A stretch of DNA of 64,000 nt from a virus (lineage: Duplodnaviria > Caudoviricetes). The translations under genes and the position numbers were made by a program. The number at the start of each line of letters is the position of its first letter. Positions within the stretch are counted from its first letter, which is position 1. The notes under the pieces are model-generated. The model was not told where the DNA came from and searched no databases. It was given only the letters and a program-made list of their open reading frames with translations. The DNA lies in the IMG/VR virus record IMGVR_UViG_3300027533_000015, positions 19,433 through 83,432 of that record. One strand, given 5' to 3'. Below, piece by piece: positions 14,451 to 24,705 of the stretch.

Positions 14451-16858
14451 TGAACACCAAGTATCTTAACAATAAACAGAGGATAAGTCAGAGAAAGAAA
14501 GATGCAAATGATAAACAGTGGTATAAGGATCAGGCAAACCTGTTAGATACTAAATCCTTTAATGGTACAAATTTCATGGCCTTTAGTGGCCTCTCAGAAT
14601 ATAAGCGCAAGAAAGTCAACTATGACTTATTCAATAACATCATAGACATACAGGATTTCACTTATGTATGTCAGCCCTTTGGTTCAGAGGTAGGAGACCT
14701 GCCAGCTAATTTTACCAATAGGGATATAGTTTCAGGAAAGATAAAGGTTCTAATGGGCATGGAGATGAAGATGCCTTTCTCATGGAAGGTAGTAGCTGTC
14801 AATGAAGATGCTACTACCAGAAGGGAGCAGAAGGAAACTGAATTGCTGAAGGATTATGTGATAGGAGAGGTGATGAGGCCAATCAAGGAGCAGATAGAAC
14901 AACAGACAATGGCCCAGACAAAGGGAAGAAAGCTAACTCCTGAAGAAGAGCAATCCCTGCAACAGCAAATAGCAGAAGAGACTAAGGCACAGACTCCTGA
15001 TGAAGTAAGAAAGTACATGGTAAGGGATCACCAAGACCCTGCTGAAGCCATGACTCATCAAATACTGGAGTACCTCATCCTCAAGGAGAAAGTGGCAGAG
15101 AAGTTTAACAAGGGCTGTAAACACTCCCTGATAGCCGGAGAGGAGATATACTGGGTAGGCATTCTTAATGGTGAACCTTGTCTTAAAGTTATCAATCCCT
15201 TATTCTTTGACTATGATAAATCTCCTGACCTTGATTATATCGAAGATGGAGAATGGGCAGTATATGAATACAGGCTCTCTCCTTCAGAAGTGGTAGCCAG
15301 CTTTGGTTCTGAACTGACAGAGGATGATATTGATAAAATCTACACCTATCATCATAATCCCGGAGCTGCTCTCAGGGATGCAGAATTCACTTTCAATGAA
15401 GATTATAATGATCCTTATACCATAAGAGTAGTCCATGCTACATGGAAGTCTCTGCGCAAAACTGGATTCTTAACCTATAGGGACAAGTATGGAAAAGAGC
15501 AGATGAAGCTGGTAGATGAGAATTACAAGTTAAATGAGATGGCAGGGGATATCAAAATTGAATGGGAATGGATACCTGAAACTCATGAGTGCTATAAGAT
15601 CATGAGTGATATTTTCGTCTATGCAAGAGCAGTCCCAGGTCAGCATAAAGACCTTGATAACTTATACAAGTGCAAGCTTCCCTACTGTGGTGCAACTACA
15701 GACAATCTCAACTCTCCTGTCACCTCTGCAATGGACAGGATGAAGGGATATCAATACTTCTACGATGTTATTCTCTACAGGGTTGAATTAATGATGGCCT
15801 CAGACAAAGGAAAGAAGCTGGCCATGAACCTGAACAGTATCCCCAAGTCTGCTGGCATTGATATCAATAAGTGGACTTACTTCTTTGAGGCCAACTCTAT
15901 TGCATGGCTCAATCCTAATGAGGAGGGCAACAGGGGAGGAGGAGATGTCACCAACATGGTCAAAGAAATTGACATGAGCCTTGCCTCCAGCATTGATCAG
16001 TACATCAAATTTGCAGAATATATTGAGCATAAATGTGGAACAAGCATTGGGGTTACTCAGCAAATGGAGGCACAGATTGGCCCTAATGAAGCAGTATCCA
16101 ACACCAGACAAAATCTTATTCAATCCTCACATATCATTCAACCTTACTTTGAGCTGCACAACTCTGTCAAGGGCAATGTTCTTGAGAGATTAGTGGAGAC
16201 AGCAAAGGTAGCTTATGCTGGTTCTAAGCCACGCAAACTGGTCTATATCCTTGATGATATGACCTATAAGATGATTACTATTGATCCTGATCTGCTGGAT
16301 TCATCCACTTATGGCCTGTTTATCTCCAACTCTTCCAAAGCTGCTGATGCTAAAAGAGCAGTGGAAGGATTGGCTCAGGCTGCAATGCAGAACCAACAGG
16401 CTGATCTTGCTGACATCATCAAGGTTATCAGATCTGAATCCATCACTGAAGCTGAAGACTTACTGGAAGTTGCACAGACTCGTAAAGCTGAAGAAGCCCA
16501 AGCTTCTGAACAGAGAAGAATTGAAGCTGAACAGCAGGCAAGACAGGCTATTTCAGCAGAGAAACAACTGGACAGGGATCATGATATTAAGGTTATCGTT
16601 ACTAAGGAAGAAGAAAGAAGAAAGACTGTCATTCAACAGCAAACTATTCTCTCAATGGGCTTCAATGAAGATAAAGATATGGACAAGGATACTGAACCTG
16701 ATATACTGGAAGTTGCTAAATATGGAGTTGATGCTGAGATCAGGCAGAGGGAATTAAGCCTGAAGGAGGAAGAGTTCCGTCATCAGAAAAATGTGGATAA
16801 AGAGAAACTTAAGATTGAAGATAAAAAGGCTTCTAAACAGTTAGCACCAGCCAAATAA
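14450..16858 (+). CDS. portal protein
   Basis: 802 aa directly after terL; crAss-type portal size with a coiled-coil C-terminus. Confidence 0.9.
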   Translation: MNTKYLNNKQRISQRKKDANDKQWYKDQANLLDTKSFNGTNFMAFSGLSEYKRKKVNYDLFNNIIDIQDFTYVCQPFGSEVGDLPANFTNRDIVSGKIKVLMGMEMKMPFSWKVVAVNEDATTRREQKETELLKDYVIGEVMRPIKEQIEQQTMAQTKGRKLTPEEEQSLQQQIAEETKAQTPDEVRKYMVRDHQDPAEAMTHQILEYLILKEKVAEKFNKGCKHSLIAGEEIYWVGILNGEPCLKVINPLFFDYDKSPDLDYIEDGEWAVYEYRLSPSEVVASFGSELTEDDIDKIYTYHHNPGAALRDAEFTFNEDYNDPYTIRVVHATWKSLRKTGFLTYRDKYGKEQMKLVDENYKLNEMAGDIKIEWEWIPETHECYKIMSDIFVYARAVPGQHKDLDNLYKCKLPYCGATTDNLNSPVTSAMDRMKGYQYFYDVILYRVELMMASDKGKKLAMNLNSIPKSAGIDINKWTYFFEANSIAWLNPNEEGNRGGGDVTNMVKEIDMSLASSIDQYIKFAEYIEHKCGTSIGVTQQMEAQIGPNEAVSNTRQNLIQSSHIIQPYFELHNSVKGNVLERLVETAKVAYAGSKPRKLVYILDDMTYKMITIDPDLLDSSTYGLFISNSSKAADAKRAVEGLAQAAMQNQQADLADIIKVIRSESITEAEDLLEVAQTRKAEEAQASEQRRIEAEQQARQAISAEKQLDRDHDIKVIVTKEEERRKTVIQQQTILSMGFNEDKDMDKDTEPDILEVAKYGVDAEIRQRELSLKEEEFRHQKNVDKEKLKIEDKKASKQLAPAK

Positions 16859-16941
16859 AAAAGCTATTAAGCAACTTTCTAAAAAGTACAGTTTTAAACT
16901 GTAATAAATTCAACTTTCAAACTTTAAATTTACACAGGATT

Positions 16942-18342
16942 ATGGCAAAGACAAACACAGCATCAAATCCTTTGGCAGGTTTTGGATTTGATGGAGATTC
17001 TGAAGACTTCTTCGGAATTACCTCGGAAAAACTTGAATCTCAGACAAGTAAGACAATCAAAGAAGTAAAGAAATCTCCCGCAGAATTAGAGAATGAAGAA
17101 GATGATGACCTTGGAGATTCTACAAACTTTGATGAAGCAAAGCCCAAAAAGAAATCAAAGGGGTCAGATGAAGAGGAAGATGACCTTGACCCTGAGAACA
17201 TGGAGTTTTTCACTGACAAGCCTGCACCTCCTAAGAAGAAATCAGTAAAAGCTCAGGATGATGAAGAAGAGGAAGAAGAGGTCACTACAAAGAAAACTCC
17301 TAAGAAGGCAGGTAAAAAAAAGGATGAGGAAGAAGAAGAAGAACCTGATCCAGATGATGATGATGAGGATGATGCAGTAGTGAAGAAGAAGAAGCCGGCT
17401 AAAACTGATGAGCAGGAAGAAGCCGAAGATGAAGAGCAGCTTGAGAAGGATAAGGAGTTCTACACTACATTGGCACTGGAGCTGAAAGAAAAAGGAATAC
17501 TTGAACACATTGAGATAAAGAAGGGTACAAAGCTCACTGAAGACCAGTTCTTTGAATTACAAGCAATAGAAGTTGATGAAAGATTTCAGGAAGCTCTTGA
17601 AGGCTTTGCCAAAGACCTTGATCAGGATGGAAAGGATTTCCTGAAATTTAAAAAGGATGGTGGCAGAACCTCAGACTTTACTGCTGTCTATGTCACTGGT
17701 ACTCTTGGCCTTGATAAATTTGATAGTAGCAAGCCTGAACAGGTTGATGCTGTTATCAATCACTATCTCACCAAGTATGAAAAAATGACTGGTGATGACC
17801 TTGAGGACAGGAAGGAATTCATCAAGGACAAAGGACAGGAGAAGATCAAGTCTGAAGCATGGTATGATAAGATCAAAGCTGCTGAAGCAAAAGATAAAGA
17901 GGCTTTGATGAAAGCACAGGAGAAGGCTAGTAAGCAGAGAGAGGCTGATGCAAGGGATTTTGAAGAGGACTTTACTAAGGTGCTTGATAAAACTGAAGCA
18001 GTAGGTATGTTTCCTATTGGTAAAGCTGAGAGGAAAGAACTCAACAGCTACATCAACAGGGCAACAGTGAAGGTAGGGCCTAACAGGTATGTTCCTCCTG
18101 TGAATGCAGAACTATCAAGGATACTAAGAGCAGAAACAGAAAAGGATAAGCAGGATTTAATCATCCTTGCCAAACTCCTCAAAAATAACTTTAAGGTAGA
18201 CGATGACTTGATAACTGAGATTGAAACCAAGGTTACCAAAAAAGCAAAGTCTAAATTACAGGAAGCTAAAAAAGGAGTTAAGCCAACCTCTTCAGGATCA
18301 TATACTAAGAGATCAATGGCAGACTACTTTGAAGAAGGTTAA
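16942..18342 (+). CDS. putative scaffolding/capsid assembly protein
   Basis: Very acidic, Lys-rich disordered N-half and helical C-half; lies between portal and MCP as in crAss-like phages. Confidence 0.7.
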   Translation: MAKTNTASNPLAGFGFDGDSEDFFGITSEKLESQTSKTIKEVKKSPAELENEEDDDLGDSTNFDEAKPKKKSKGSDEEEDDLDPENMEFFTDKPAPPKKKSVKAQDDEEEEEEVTTKKTPKKAGKKKDEEEEEEPDPDDDDEDDAVVKKKKPAKTDEQEEAEDEEQLEKDKEFYTTLALELKEKGILEHIEIKKGTKLTEDQFFELQAIEVDERFQEALEGFAKDLDQDGKDFLKFKKDGGRTSDFTAVYVTGTLGLDKFDSSKPEQVDAVINHYLTKYEKMTGDDLEDRKEFIKDKGQEKIKSEAWYDKIKAAEAKDKEALMKAQEKASKQREADARDFEEDFTKVLDKTEAVGMFPIGKAERKELNSYINRATVKVGPNRYVPPVNAELSRILRAETEKDKQDLIILAKLLKNNFKVDDDLITEIETKVTKKAKSKLQEAKKGVKPTSSGSYTKRSMADYFEEG

Positions 18343-18373
18343 GTAATTTAAAATAAAACAAAAACTTGTTACA

Positions 18374-19831
18374 ATGGCAAGACTATTAAACAGATTAATC
18401 ACTAAGCAAATGCCTTGGCATGCTAATATGACGGAGCTGAACCACCTTGGTGCAGCTTTACTCATTAAGCCAACAGTGTTTGAACCCAAGATGACACAGT
18501 TGTTCACATCTGAGAGATACTCAGATAACCCCCTGACAACTATGCTGGCTGGCAAACAACAAAAGACAATCAATACCACTGTTTGGGAGTGGACAATGAA
18601 GGGTGCAAACACCAGACCATTGATAGTGATTGAGAATGTTGAACCATCTGCCAATTTAACTCCGGGAAGATTTAAACAGACCTTCAAGCTGAAGCTTGAT
18701 GAAGACTGGTATGTTCCCGGTGATATTCTCCATCCTGGGTCAAGTAATAAAAAATGGCAGGTAAGGGTTGTAACACAATCCTTCAAACATGGTAAGGGCT
18801 TCATTTATGAAGTAAGAGGTATGTGGGATGATCCTACAGTTTCCTTACCTATCAAGTATCTTGCTGCCAATCAGCAATGGGCCAAGCTTTACTCTCAATA
18901 TGAGGAAGCTGCTGAACAATCTGGTTCTACTCAGTACAGCCTGCCTATTGCTTTGCAAAACAGGATGTCCCGTTTCAGGAAGAAATACAGGGTAACTGGT
19001 GATGCTGCCAATGAAGTGCTGGCTATCAAGATACAGGATAGCAAAGGCAGGTGGCATGATTCATGGGTAAAATATGCTGAAGTTGAATACTGGGAACAGT
19101 GGTACAGGGAGATTGAAAGAGGCTACTGGTATTCCCGCAGCACTGACACTGTGCTTGGTGCCAATGGCAGACCTATTTATTCTGGCCCCGGTGTTCAGGA
19201 ACAACTGGAAGACTCCCACCAACACTTTTATTCTCACCTGTCTGCCCCCTTAATAGAAGAATACCTGATGGATATCTTCTACAGCAGGGTAAAACCCGGA
19301 GCTACAAGAAAAATTAAAGGCTTCAGTGGTGAGTATGGAATGATCCAATTCCACAGGGCTATACAATCATGGTCTGAAAAGAGAAGGGGCTTTATACAAG
19401 TGGTTGATAAAGTTCTCATTGACAAGACAACATCAGCCTACCATGAGAATGCCCTTGTTGCCGGCTTCCAATTTGTAAGATATCGCATGGCTAATGGTGC
19501 TGAACTGGAACTGGTTCACAACCCTCTTTATGATGACAGGGAAATCAATTTTGAGATTGATCCTGTGACAGGTTATCCTGTTGAATCTCAAAGAATCACC
19601 TTCCTTGATTTCAATGGCAAGGGTGAAATGGGCACCAATGTCCAGCTTGTTGATAGGGCTAACAGCTTCAAGCTTGGCTATGTACATGGTTTGCATACTC
19701 CTTATGGGCCTGTGAACAAAGGTTCTATGGCACACTCAGGTGACTATTATGAAATGCATGTGCAAAAACAGTGTGGTGTCCACATTGAAGATGTGACAAG
19801 ATGTGGTGAACTCATCCTGTCCCGTAACTAA
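18374..19831 (+). CDS. major capsid protein (crAss-like)
   Basis: 485 aa; ends GVHIEDVTRCGELI; ELVHNPLYDD motif; followed by a terminator. Confidence 0.9.
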   Translation: MARLLNRLITKQMPWHANMTELNHLGAALLIKPTVFEPKMTQLFTSERYSDNPLTTMLAGKQQKTINTTVWEWTMKGANTRPLIVIENVEPSANLTPGRFKQTFKLKLDEDWYVPGDILHPGSSNKKWQVRVVTQSFKHGKGFIYEVRGMWDDPTVSLPIKYLAANQQWAKLYSQYEEAAEQSGSTQYSLPIALQNRMSRFRKKYRVTGDAANEVLAIKIQDSKGRWHDSWVKYAEVEYWEQWYREIERGYWYSRSTDTVLGANGRPIYSGPGVQEQLEDSHQHFYSHLSAPLIEEYLMDIFYSRVKPGATRKIKGFSGEYGMIQFHRAIQSWSEKRRGFIQVVDKVLIDKTTSAYHENALVAGFQFVRYRMANGAELELVHNPLYDDREINFEIDPVTGYPVESQRITFLDFNGKGEMGTNVQLVDRANSFKLGYVHGLHTPYGPVNKGSMAHSGDYYEMHVQKQCGVHIEDVTRCGELILSRN

Positions 19832-19864
19832 AGTTTATGTTTTCATTGCTTTGATATATCCTCC

Positions 19865-19899
19865 GAGGGGTGGAGGAGACTAGCCTCCACCTTCTTTTT
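19865..19899 (+). terminator. intrinsic terminator after MCP
   Basis: GGTGGAGG-agactag-CCTCCACC-TTCTTTTT. Confidence 0.75.
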
Positions 19900-19943
19900 A
19901 ATACTAAGATCAACACATTTATTAACGACAAAAACGAAATTTT

Positions 19944-20864
19944 ATGGCACTAGCAGATGAGATCACAGATTTTGATCAGGTAGCTGAAGCAAGACCAAGA
20001 CAATCACAGATTATTTCAACAACAATGCCTGCACAGATACCTGATCCCGCAGCAATAAAAGTTGAAGTAAGACCACTGGACAGGAAATCATGGCATGGCA
20101 AGAAAGGGAAAGAGTCCTTTGCACAGCCAAAAGCAGTTGAAGCTCTTTATGAACATACAACTGGTAAATATGCTACAGGCTTAACTGAAGACGAGGCCAT
20201 CAAATATGGAAAATTAATAGGAGCAGATTTATCTGATACCTTTAATCCAAGTGAACCCCATCCTTACTACAGCACTAAGCCGGGAACAGTGATGTTGCAG
20301 AATCACACAATGATCTTTGACATAAGCAAACCTGCTGAGTATGTGAAGGTGAAGCTGATGAAGGCTAACAAGCTGGTGGCAAACTCCATGAAGGAGTATG
20401 AAGAAGGTAAGTGGCCTGATGCTACCCATGTGATTTTTGATGAGGAAGAAGAAGTATCATCCAAGGCTAATAAAGTCCAGCTTCGCAGAAAAGCAAGTGC
20501 CATGCTCCTTGAAATGAGTGATGATTCCAAGGCTAATATCATCCAGATACTATCCAAGAAATCAGTGAAGGGCAGAAGTGGTAATTTCATTGATGTGGAA
20601 ATTGATGCCATCATCCAGAACAATGAACCTAACCAGCCCGGAATACTTGAATTCACAGAACTGGTGAGCATGGGCAGGGAAGAAGTGGCAGTAAGGGCAT
20701 CAGTACTCAACCTGCTTCAAAGAGATATATTGACCAAGGAGGCAGGAAGTATCTATTACATGGGAGAACTGATAGGAATTGATTATGAGGCAGCAGTGGA
20801 ATGGTTCAAGAGTCCCAGTAATGCAAAATTGAAAGTGGCTATCCTTGAAAGAGGAAATAAATAA
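19944..20864 (+). CDS. conserved crAss-like protein downstream of MCP
   Basis: 306 aa; synteny with the conserved post-MCP gene of crAss-like phages. Confidence 0.7.
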   Translation: MALADEITDFDQVAEARPRQSQIISTTMPAQIPDPAAIKVEVRPLDRKSWHGKKGKESFAQPKAVEALYEHTTGKYATGLTEDEAIKYGKLIGADLSDTFNPSEPHPYYSTKPGTVMLQNHTMIFDISKPAEYVKVKLMKANKLVANSMKEYEEGKWPDATHVIFDEEEEVSSKANKVQLRRKASAMLLEMSDDSKANIIQILSKKSVKGRSGNFIDVEIDAIIQNNEPNQPGILEFTELVSMGREEVAVRASVLNLLQRDILTKEAGSIYYMGELIGIDYEAAVEWFKSPSNAKLKVAILERGNK

Positions 20865-20870
20865 GCTGGC

Positions 20871-21590
20871 ATGACATCAAAGGAAATGCATTATGATCTC
20901 AAGCAGAAACTCAATAAGATTGATAGTCAGAAATACAGGAATTTATATGTACCTGAAATAGACTGGAAATTGAATGAGGCACAGGAGGTATTTGTAAAGA
21001 TCATAGCACAACCCAGATATGGAAAACAGATAGGCTTTGAACTGAACCAGAGAACTATTAATGACATAAGAACAATAGTAGTAGACCAGATACCTGCTAC
21101 TGGAATAGTTCCAACAGTATTTGACAGCAGTTCTTTCATGGCAACATTGCCAGCAGATTTTTGGTTCTTGGCAAAGGCTTATGCACTGGGGACAAAAGGG
21201 ACATGTATAGACAAAGTCCTCAAGCTCAGAGAGGTTCAGCATGATGATGAACATGAACTCTCTCCATTTGACAGAAGTTCTTTTATATGGCGGGTCTCAA
21301 ATATGAGGTTCAATGATCAAGGTATCAGGGTCTTTACTGATGGTACTTACAGCATCACTAAGGTCATACTTGAATACCTCAAAGAACCAAGAAGGATACA
21401 CAATGCTGCTGATTGGCCAGGAGGGACTTACACTACATTAGATGGTGTAGTTCTCACAGGTACACAGGATTGTATATTACCAAAGCCAGTACACAGGGAA
21501 ATAGTTGACTTAGCTGTACTGATCATATCCGGAAACCTGAATATGCCTGACAGACAGGCTAAGAAAGAAGGAGTAGAATTGACACAGTAA
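20871..21590 (+). CDS. tail ring / head-tail connector protein
   Basis: EIDWKLNEAQ...YLKEP...LPKPVHREIVDLAV pattern of crAss ring proteins. Confidence 0.75.
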   Translation: MTSKEMHYDLKQKLNKIDSQKYRNLYVPEIDWKLNEAQEVFVKIIAQPRYGKQIGFELNQRTINDIRTIVVDQIPATGIVPTVFDSSSFMATLPADFWFLAKAYALGTKGTCIDKVLKLREVQHDDEHELSPFDRSSFIWRVSNMRFNDQGIRVFTDGTYSITKVILEYLKEPRRIHNAADWPGGTYTTLDGVVLTGTQDCILPKPVHREIVDLAVLIISGNLNMPDRQAKKEGVELTQ

Positions 21591-21620
21591 TAATAATTTA
21601 TATCTTAAATATTCAAAAAA

Positions 21621-23078
21621 ATGGCAACAACAAACCCTGTTTCACAAGTATTAGTTACTTCTGGTAATGCTGCACTATTAGCTGCTGGTGCAAGACCTAA
21701 TACACTAGCAGTAGGTCAGCTTGGAGTATTTAATTTTCATACAGGATTATCAGTTGATGGTTCTGTGGCCACTGATTGCAGAGACATATACCTTGCTGTA
21801 GGTGTTGATCCCGGTGCTGTAGGTTCTATACAGGACATCAAGACATCAGCAGGTCAGGTAATCCAGAACCGCAATGTGAAAGCCCTCACCTACAGGGGTA
21901 CTGTAGCTGACATTGCCAAAGTGGTGGATATCATGGGTATCACTGCAAGATGTGAGGAGGACTATGTGGTAAAAATTGAAATCCGCAATGGTCAGGTATA
22001 TATTGAAAGTGGCTTCAACCAGTTCACCAAGTCTTACAATGCAAGAACAGGATGTTGTGCAGATGCCTGTGAGGATTGTGGTACTGGTGATCCTAATGAG
22101 ATTGCAGAACAAATTGTCAACCAGATCAATGCTGATCCTGATGGTATGCTTACTGCCAGTTATGTTGTCAACAAGATAACTGCTACAGTAGCAGCAGGTC
22201 CTACTGCCACAGCAGATGCAGTGATTACCATAGGCACTACTGCCTACACAGTGCCAGTGACCACTGGTGATACTGTGACAATAGCTGCTGGCAAGATTGT
22301 CACCAAGATCAATACACAGACTGGTTCTCCTTACAGGGCTACCAATGCAGCAGGTGTGATTAGCATCTATCCTGTGACCTCTGTTTCAGGTTCAACTGAA
22401 ACCTTGGTTTACACCACTCCTGTAACTGGTATGACTATCACTCCAATTGTTGCAGCTACCAAGACCACTATTGCTGCTGGTGCTGCCTTTGATACCTTCC
22501 AGTCCACTTATGTGGGAGCAGGTGCCGGCATCAGGATTACAGGTGTGCCAATGGCTATCAATGGCTATAATGGCTCTATCAACCTGAAATATGTAAAGAA
22601 TCGCAATATTGACTTTATTGTTTCCCTGCCTGTTGGTTTTGAATGCAGTGGTACAGTTACAGTAGTAACTGAAGCTGCAAACAGTGAAGGCAGTGGCTAT
22701 GATATCCGCCAACTGGAATACATGTCAGGAGGCACAAATGGTCAACCTGGCCCTTACAGGACTTCTGCAGTGCATGGTCTTGAAAGAAATGGTGGTACAA
22801 TTTATTATGCTACTCCGGGTGCCAATTACAACACTGTGATCCTTGCCTATGATCAGGCAAGTGTGGGAGGATGGCTTGAATACCTGAATAATCTTGAAAC
22901 TATCATAGCTGTGCCTTGTGCTGATACAGTCACAACAACTTCAATAGGAGCATTCTTTGCCCTGATCTTCACACAATTTGGGACATTTGCTGATGACATT
23001 GCTGCTAATGATGGTTGTACAAATGTGGCTACTACAACACTGGTTGCTGCTACAGATGGAATAGAAAGTTTGTCTTAA
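21621..23078 (+). CDS. putative auxiliary capsid/structural protein
   Basis: 485 aa, A/T/G-rich, GSGYDIRQLE motif, followed by a terminator; crAss synteny. Confidence 0.65.
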   Translation: MATTNPVSQVLVTSGNAALLAAGARPNTLAVGQLGVFNFHTGLSVDGSVATDCRDIYLAVGVDPGAVGSIQDIKTSAGQVIQNRNVKALTYRGTVADIAKVVDIMGITARCEEDYVVKIEIRNGQVYIESGFNQFTKSYNARTGCCADACEDCGTGDPNEIAEQIVNQINADPDGMLTASYVVNKITATVAAGPTATADAVITIGTTAYTVPVTTGDTVTIAAGKIVTKINTQTGSPYRATNAAGVISIYPVTSVSGSTETLVYTTPVTGMTITPIVAATKTTIAAGAAFDTFQSTYVGAGAGIRITGVPMAINGYNGSINLKYVKNRNIDFIVSLPVGFECSGTVTVVTEAANSEGSGYDIRQLEYMSGGTNGQPGPYRTSAVHGLERNGGTIYYATPGANYNTVILAYDQASVGGWLEYLNNLETIIAVPCADTVTTTSIGAFFALIFTQFGTFADDIAANDGCTNVATTTLVAATDGIESLS

Positions 23079-23105
23079 TAATGTGTATATCTTAATTGAT
23101 CTGAG

Positions 23106-23133
23106 AGGGGCAGTTTCCACTGCCCTTACTTTT
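23106..23133 (+). terminator. intrinsic terminator
   Basis: GGGCAGT-ttcc-ACTGCCC-TTACTTTT. Confidence 0.65.
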
Positions 23134-23160
23134 ATCTGACATTTTTAAACTTCTATTCTC

Positions 23161-24084
23161 ATGGTCATATTAAAGTATCATAACTATATTAAACTGACTG
23201 ACTTTGCAGATGAACTAGAAGACTTCACCATAGAGAGCTTTATCCTGACTGGCAACATCAATTGCTGTAAGGAAAATTGTACTGATCAGGTCAGTACTTT
23301 TTCATTTGATCTCACTGCGGAAGCTACTTGGTCAGCAGATTTATCTGAAGCTGTAAATAAGCAGGAAACATTATCTGAGATAGGTATCCAGTCCATCTTT
23401 AGTGTTAATCGCCAAGCTATTATTGTTGATGTTGACCTGTCTCCTGTCTTGGGCACATGTGGCACCAATAACTGTACTTTGGAGAGTGTTGGCTTTGATC
23501 CTTCTTCCATGAAGACTGCTATTGATCAGTGGTTCTTAACTAACCTGTCCATTGTCACTGATGTTATCATTACTTTCACTGGTGGCAATATCATGAATGT
23601 GGAGGGCATTCCTGACAACTATGTTATTACTGATGCCATGTATGGTACAGTTTTTCCCTACACCCCCATTCCCTTTGGCCAGACTCTCCCTGCCAGCAAT
23701 ATTTACTACTTCAATACAGAGGAAGAGGCCATCTATGTCAAGCCTGAGTTCTTTAATGGAGCTACTGAGTTTGTTGATGGTATATATAAGTTTTCTATCA
23801 AATGGATAAAAGAGGGAGGAGAAGGTTATATTTATGAGGAAAACTGTGCCTTCATTGATATGACTACCAAGTGCAGGGTAGCTGGACTACTTGACAGTGC
23901 CTTGAAGGAGACTGAGGATGTGAATCTTGAGAAGATGGGCAGCACTGCTATTATGCTTCATTATGGTCTTGTCAATGGCTCAAACTGTGCCTGTAATTGT
24001 GATGGACTCTGTGAAGCTTTCAAAGGATTGATCAACATATTGGATACTGCTGACCCTAACTTAATTAATGACTGTGGTTGCTAA
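23161..24084 (+). CDS. Cys-rich structural protein (fibre hub-like by synteny)
   Basis: 307 aa; CC, CACNC and terminal DCGC motifs. Confidence 0.6.
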   Translation: MVILKYHNYIKLTDFADELEDFTIESFILTGNINCCKENCTDQVSTFSFDLTAEATWSADLSEAVNKQETLSEIGIQSIFSVNRQAIIVDVDLSPVLGTCGTNNCTLESVGFDPSSMKTAIDQWFLTNLSIVTDVIITFTGGNIMNVEGIPDNYVITDAMYGTVFPYTPIPFGQTLPASNIYYFNTEEEAIYVKPEFFNGATEFVDGIYKFSIKWIKEGGEGYIYEENCAFIDMTTKCRVAGLLDSALKETEDVNLEKMGSTAIMLHYGLVNGSNCACNCDGLCEAFKGLINILDTADPNLINDCGC

Positions 24085-24691
24085 ATGTAATATAGTAGAT
24101 GTGGTATTGAAAGACTTGGCAGAGCTGCAATATGGCTTTACCTGTCCCAGTGATAACACTAAGATTTTCATTGAAAACTATCTTGAATACCTGAACTGTG
24201 CTGACATTTATCATCATATTTGTTATCCTGCCCCACCTTGTGAAAAAGATCAGGCAGTTAATTTCACTTGTAACTTTAATCTGCTCAGTATATCAGCTAC
24301 TTTAAATCCACCTGCTAACCCTGAAGCTGATATTATCTTTGATATTAAAGTCCTGAACTATGTGGGAGGAACATTGCCCTTCAAGTCTTATCTCTGGACT
24401 TTTGAGAGTGATGATTTTGAACTGGTAGGTGCTAATGGTCTCCCTGAAGTAAAATTGAAACTGAAAGAGGGTCAGGTATTGGAAACCATGACATCACTGA
24501 TAGGAGTGACTATAGTGGATGCCAATGATTGTGAGGATGATATAAGCTGTTATCTTACTCCTGATGGTATGCAGTGTGGATTTGCTTACCAGCCTTGTTT
24601 TGGGCCTGAAGGCTTAGTAGTGACAGCTCTTCTTCCTGTTGTATGCTCAAGACCTATGGGAATGATAGTGGCCTCTTATTTTGAACCATAA
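24068..24691 (+). CDS. structural protein with an Ig/PKD-like domain
   Basis: GGTLPFKSYLW...VTIVDANDC resembles SprB/PKD-like repeats; Cys-rich. Confidence 0.55.
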   Translation: MTVVAKCNIVDVVLKDLAELQYGFTCPSDNTKIFIENYLEYLNCADIYHHICYPAPPCEKDQAVNFTCNFNLLSISATLNPPANPEADIIFDIKVLNYVGGTLPFKSYLWTFESDDFELVGANGLPEVKLKLKEGQVLETMTSLIGVTIVDANDCEDDISCYLTPDGMQCGFAYQPCFGPEGLVVTALLPVVCSRPMGMIVASYFEP

Positions 24692-24705
24692 TAAACTATT
24701 CAACA

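Noticed and set aside
17080-17450. GAA/GAT-rich tandem-like DNA repeats
   Set aside because: Explained by the acidic low-complexity region of the scaffold-like protein.
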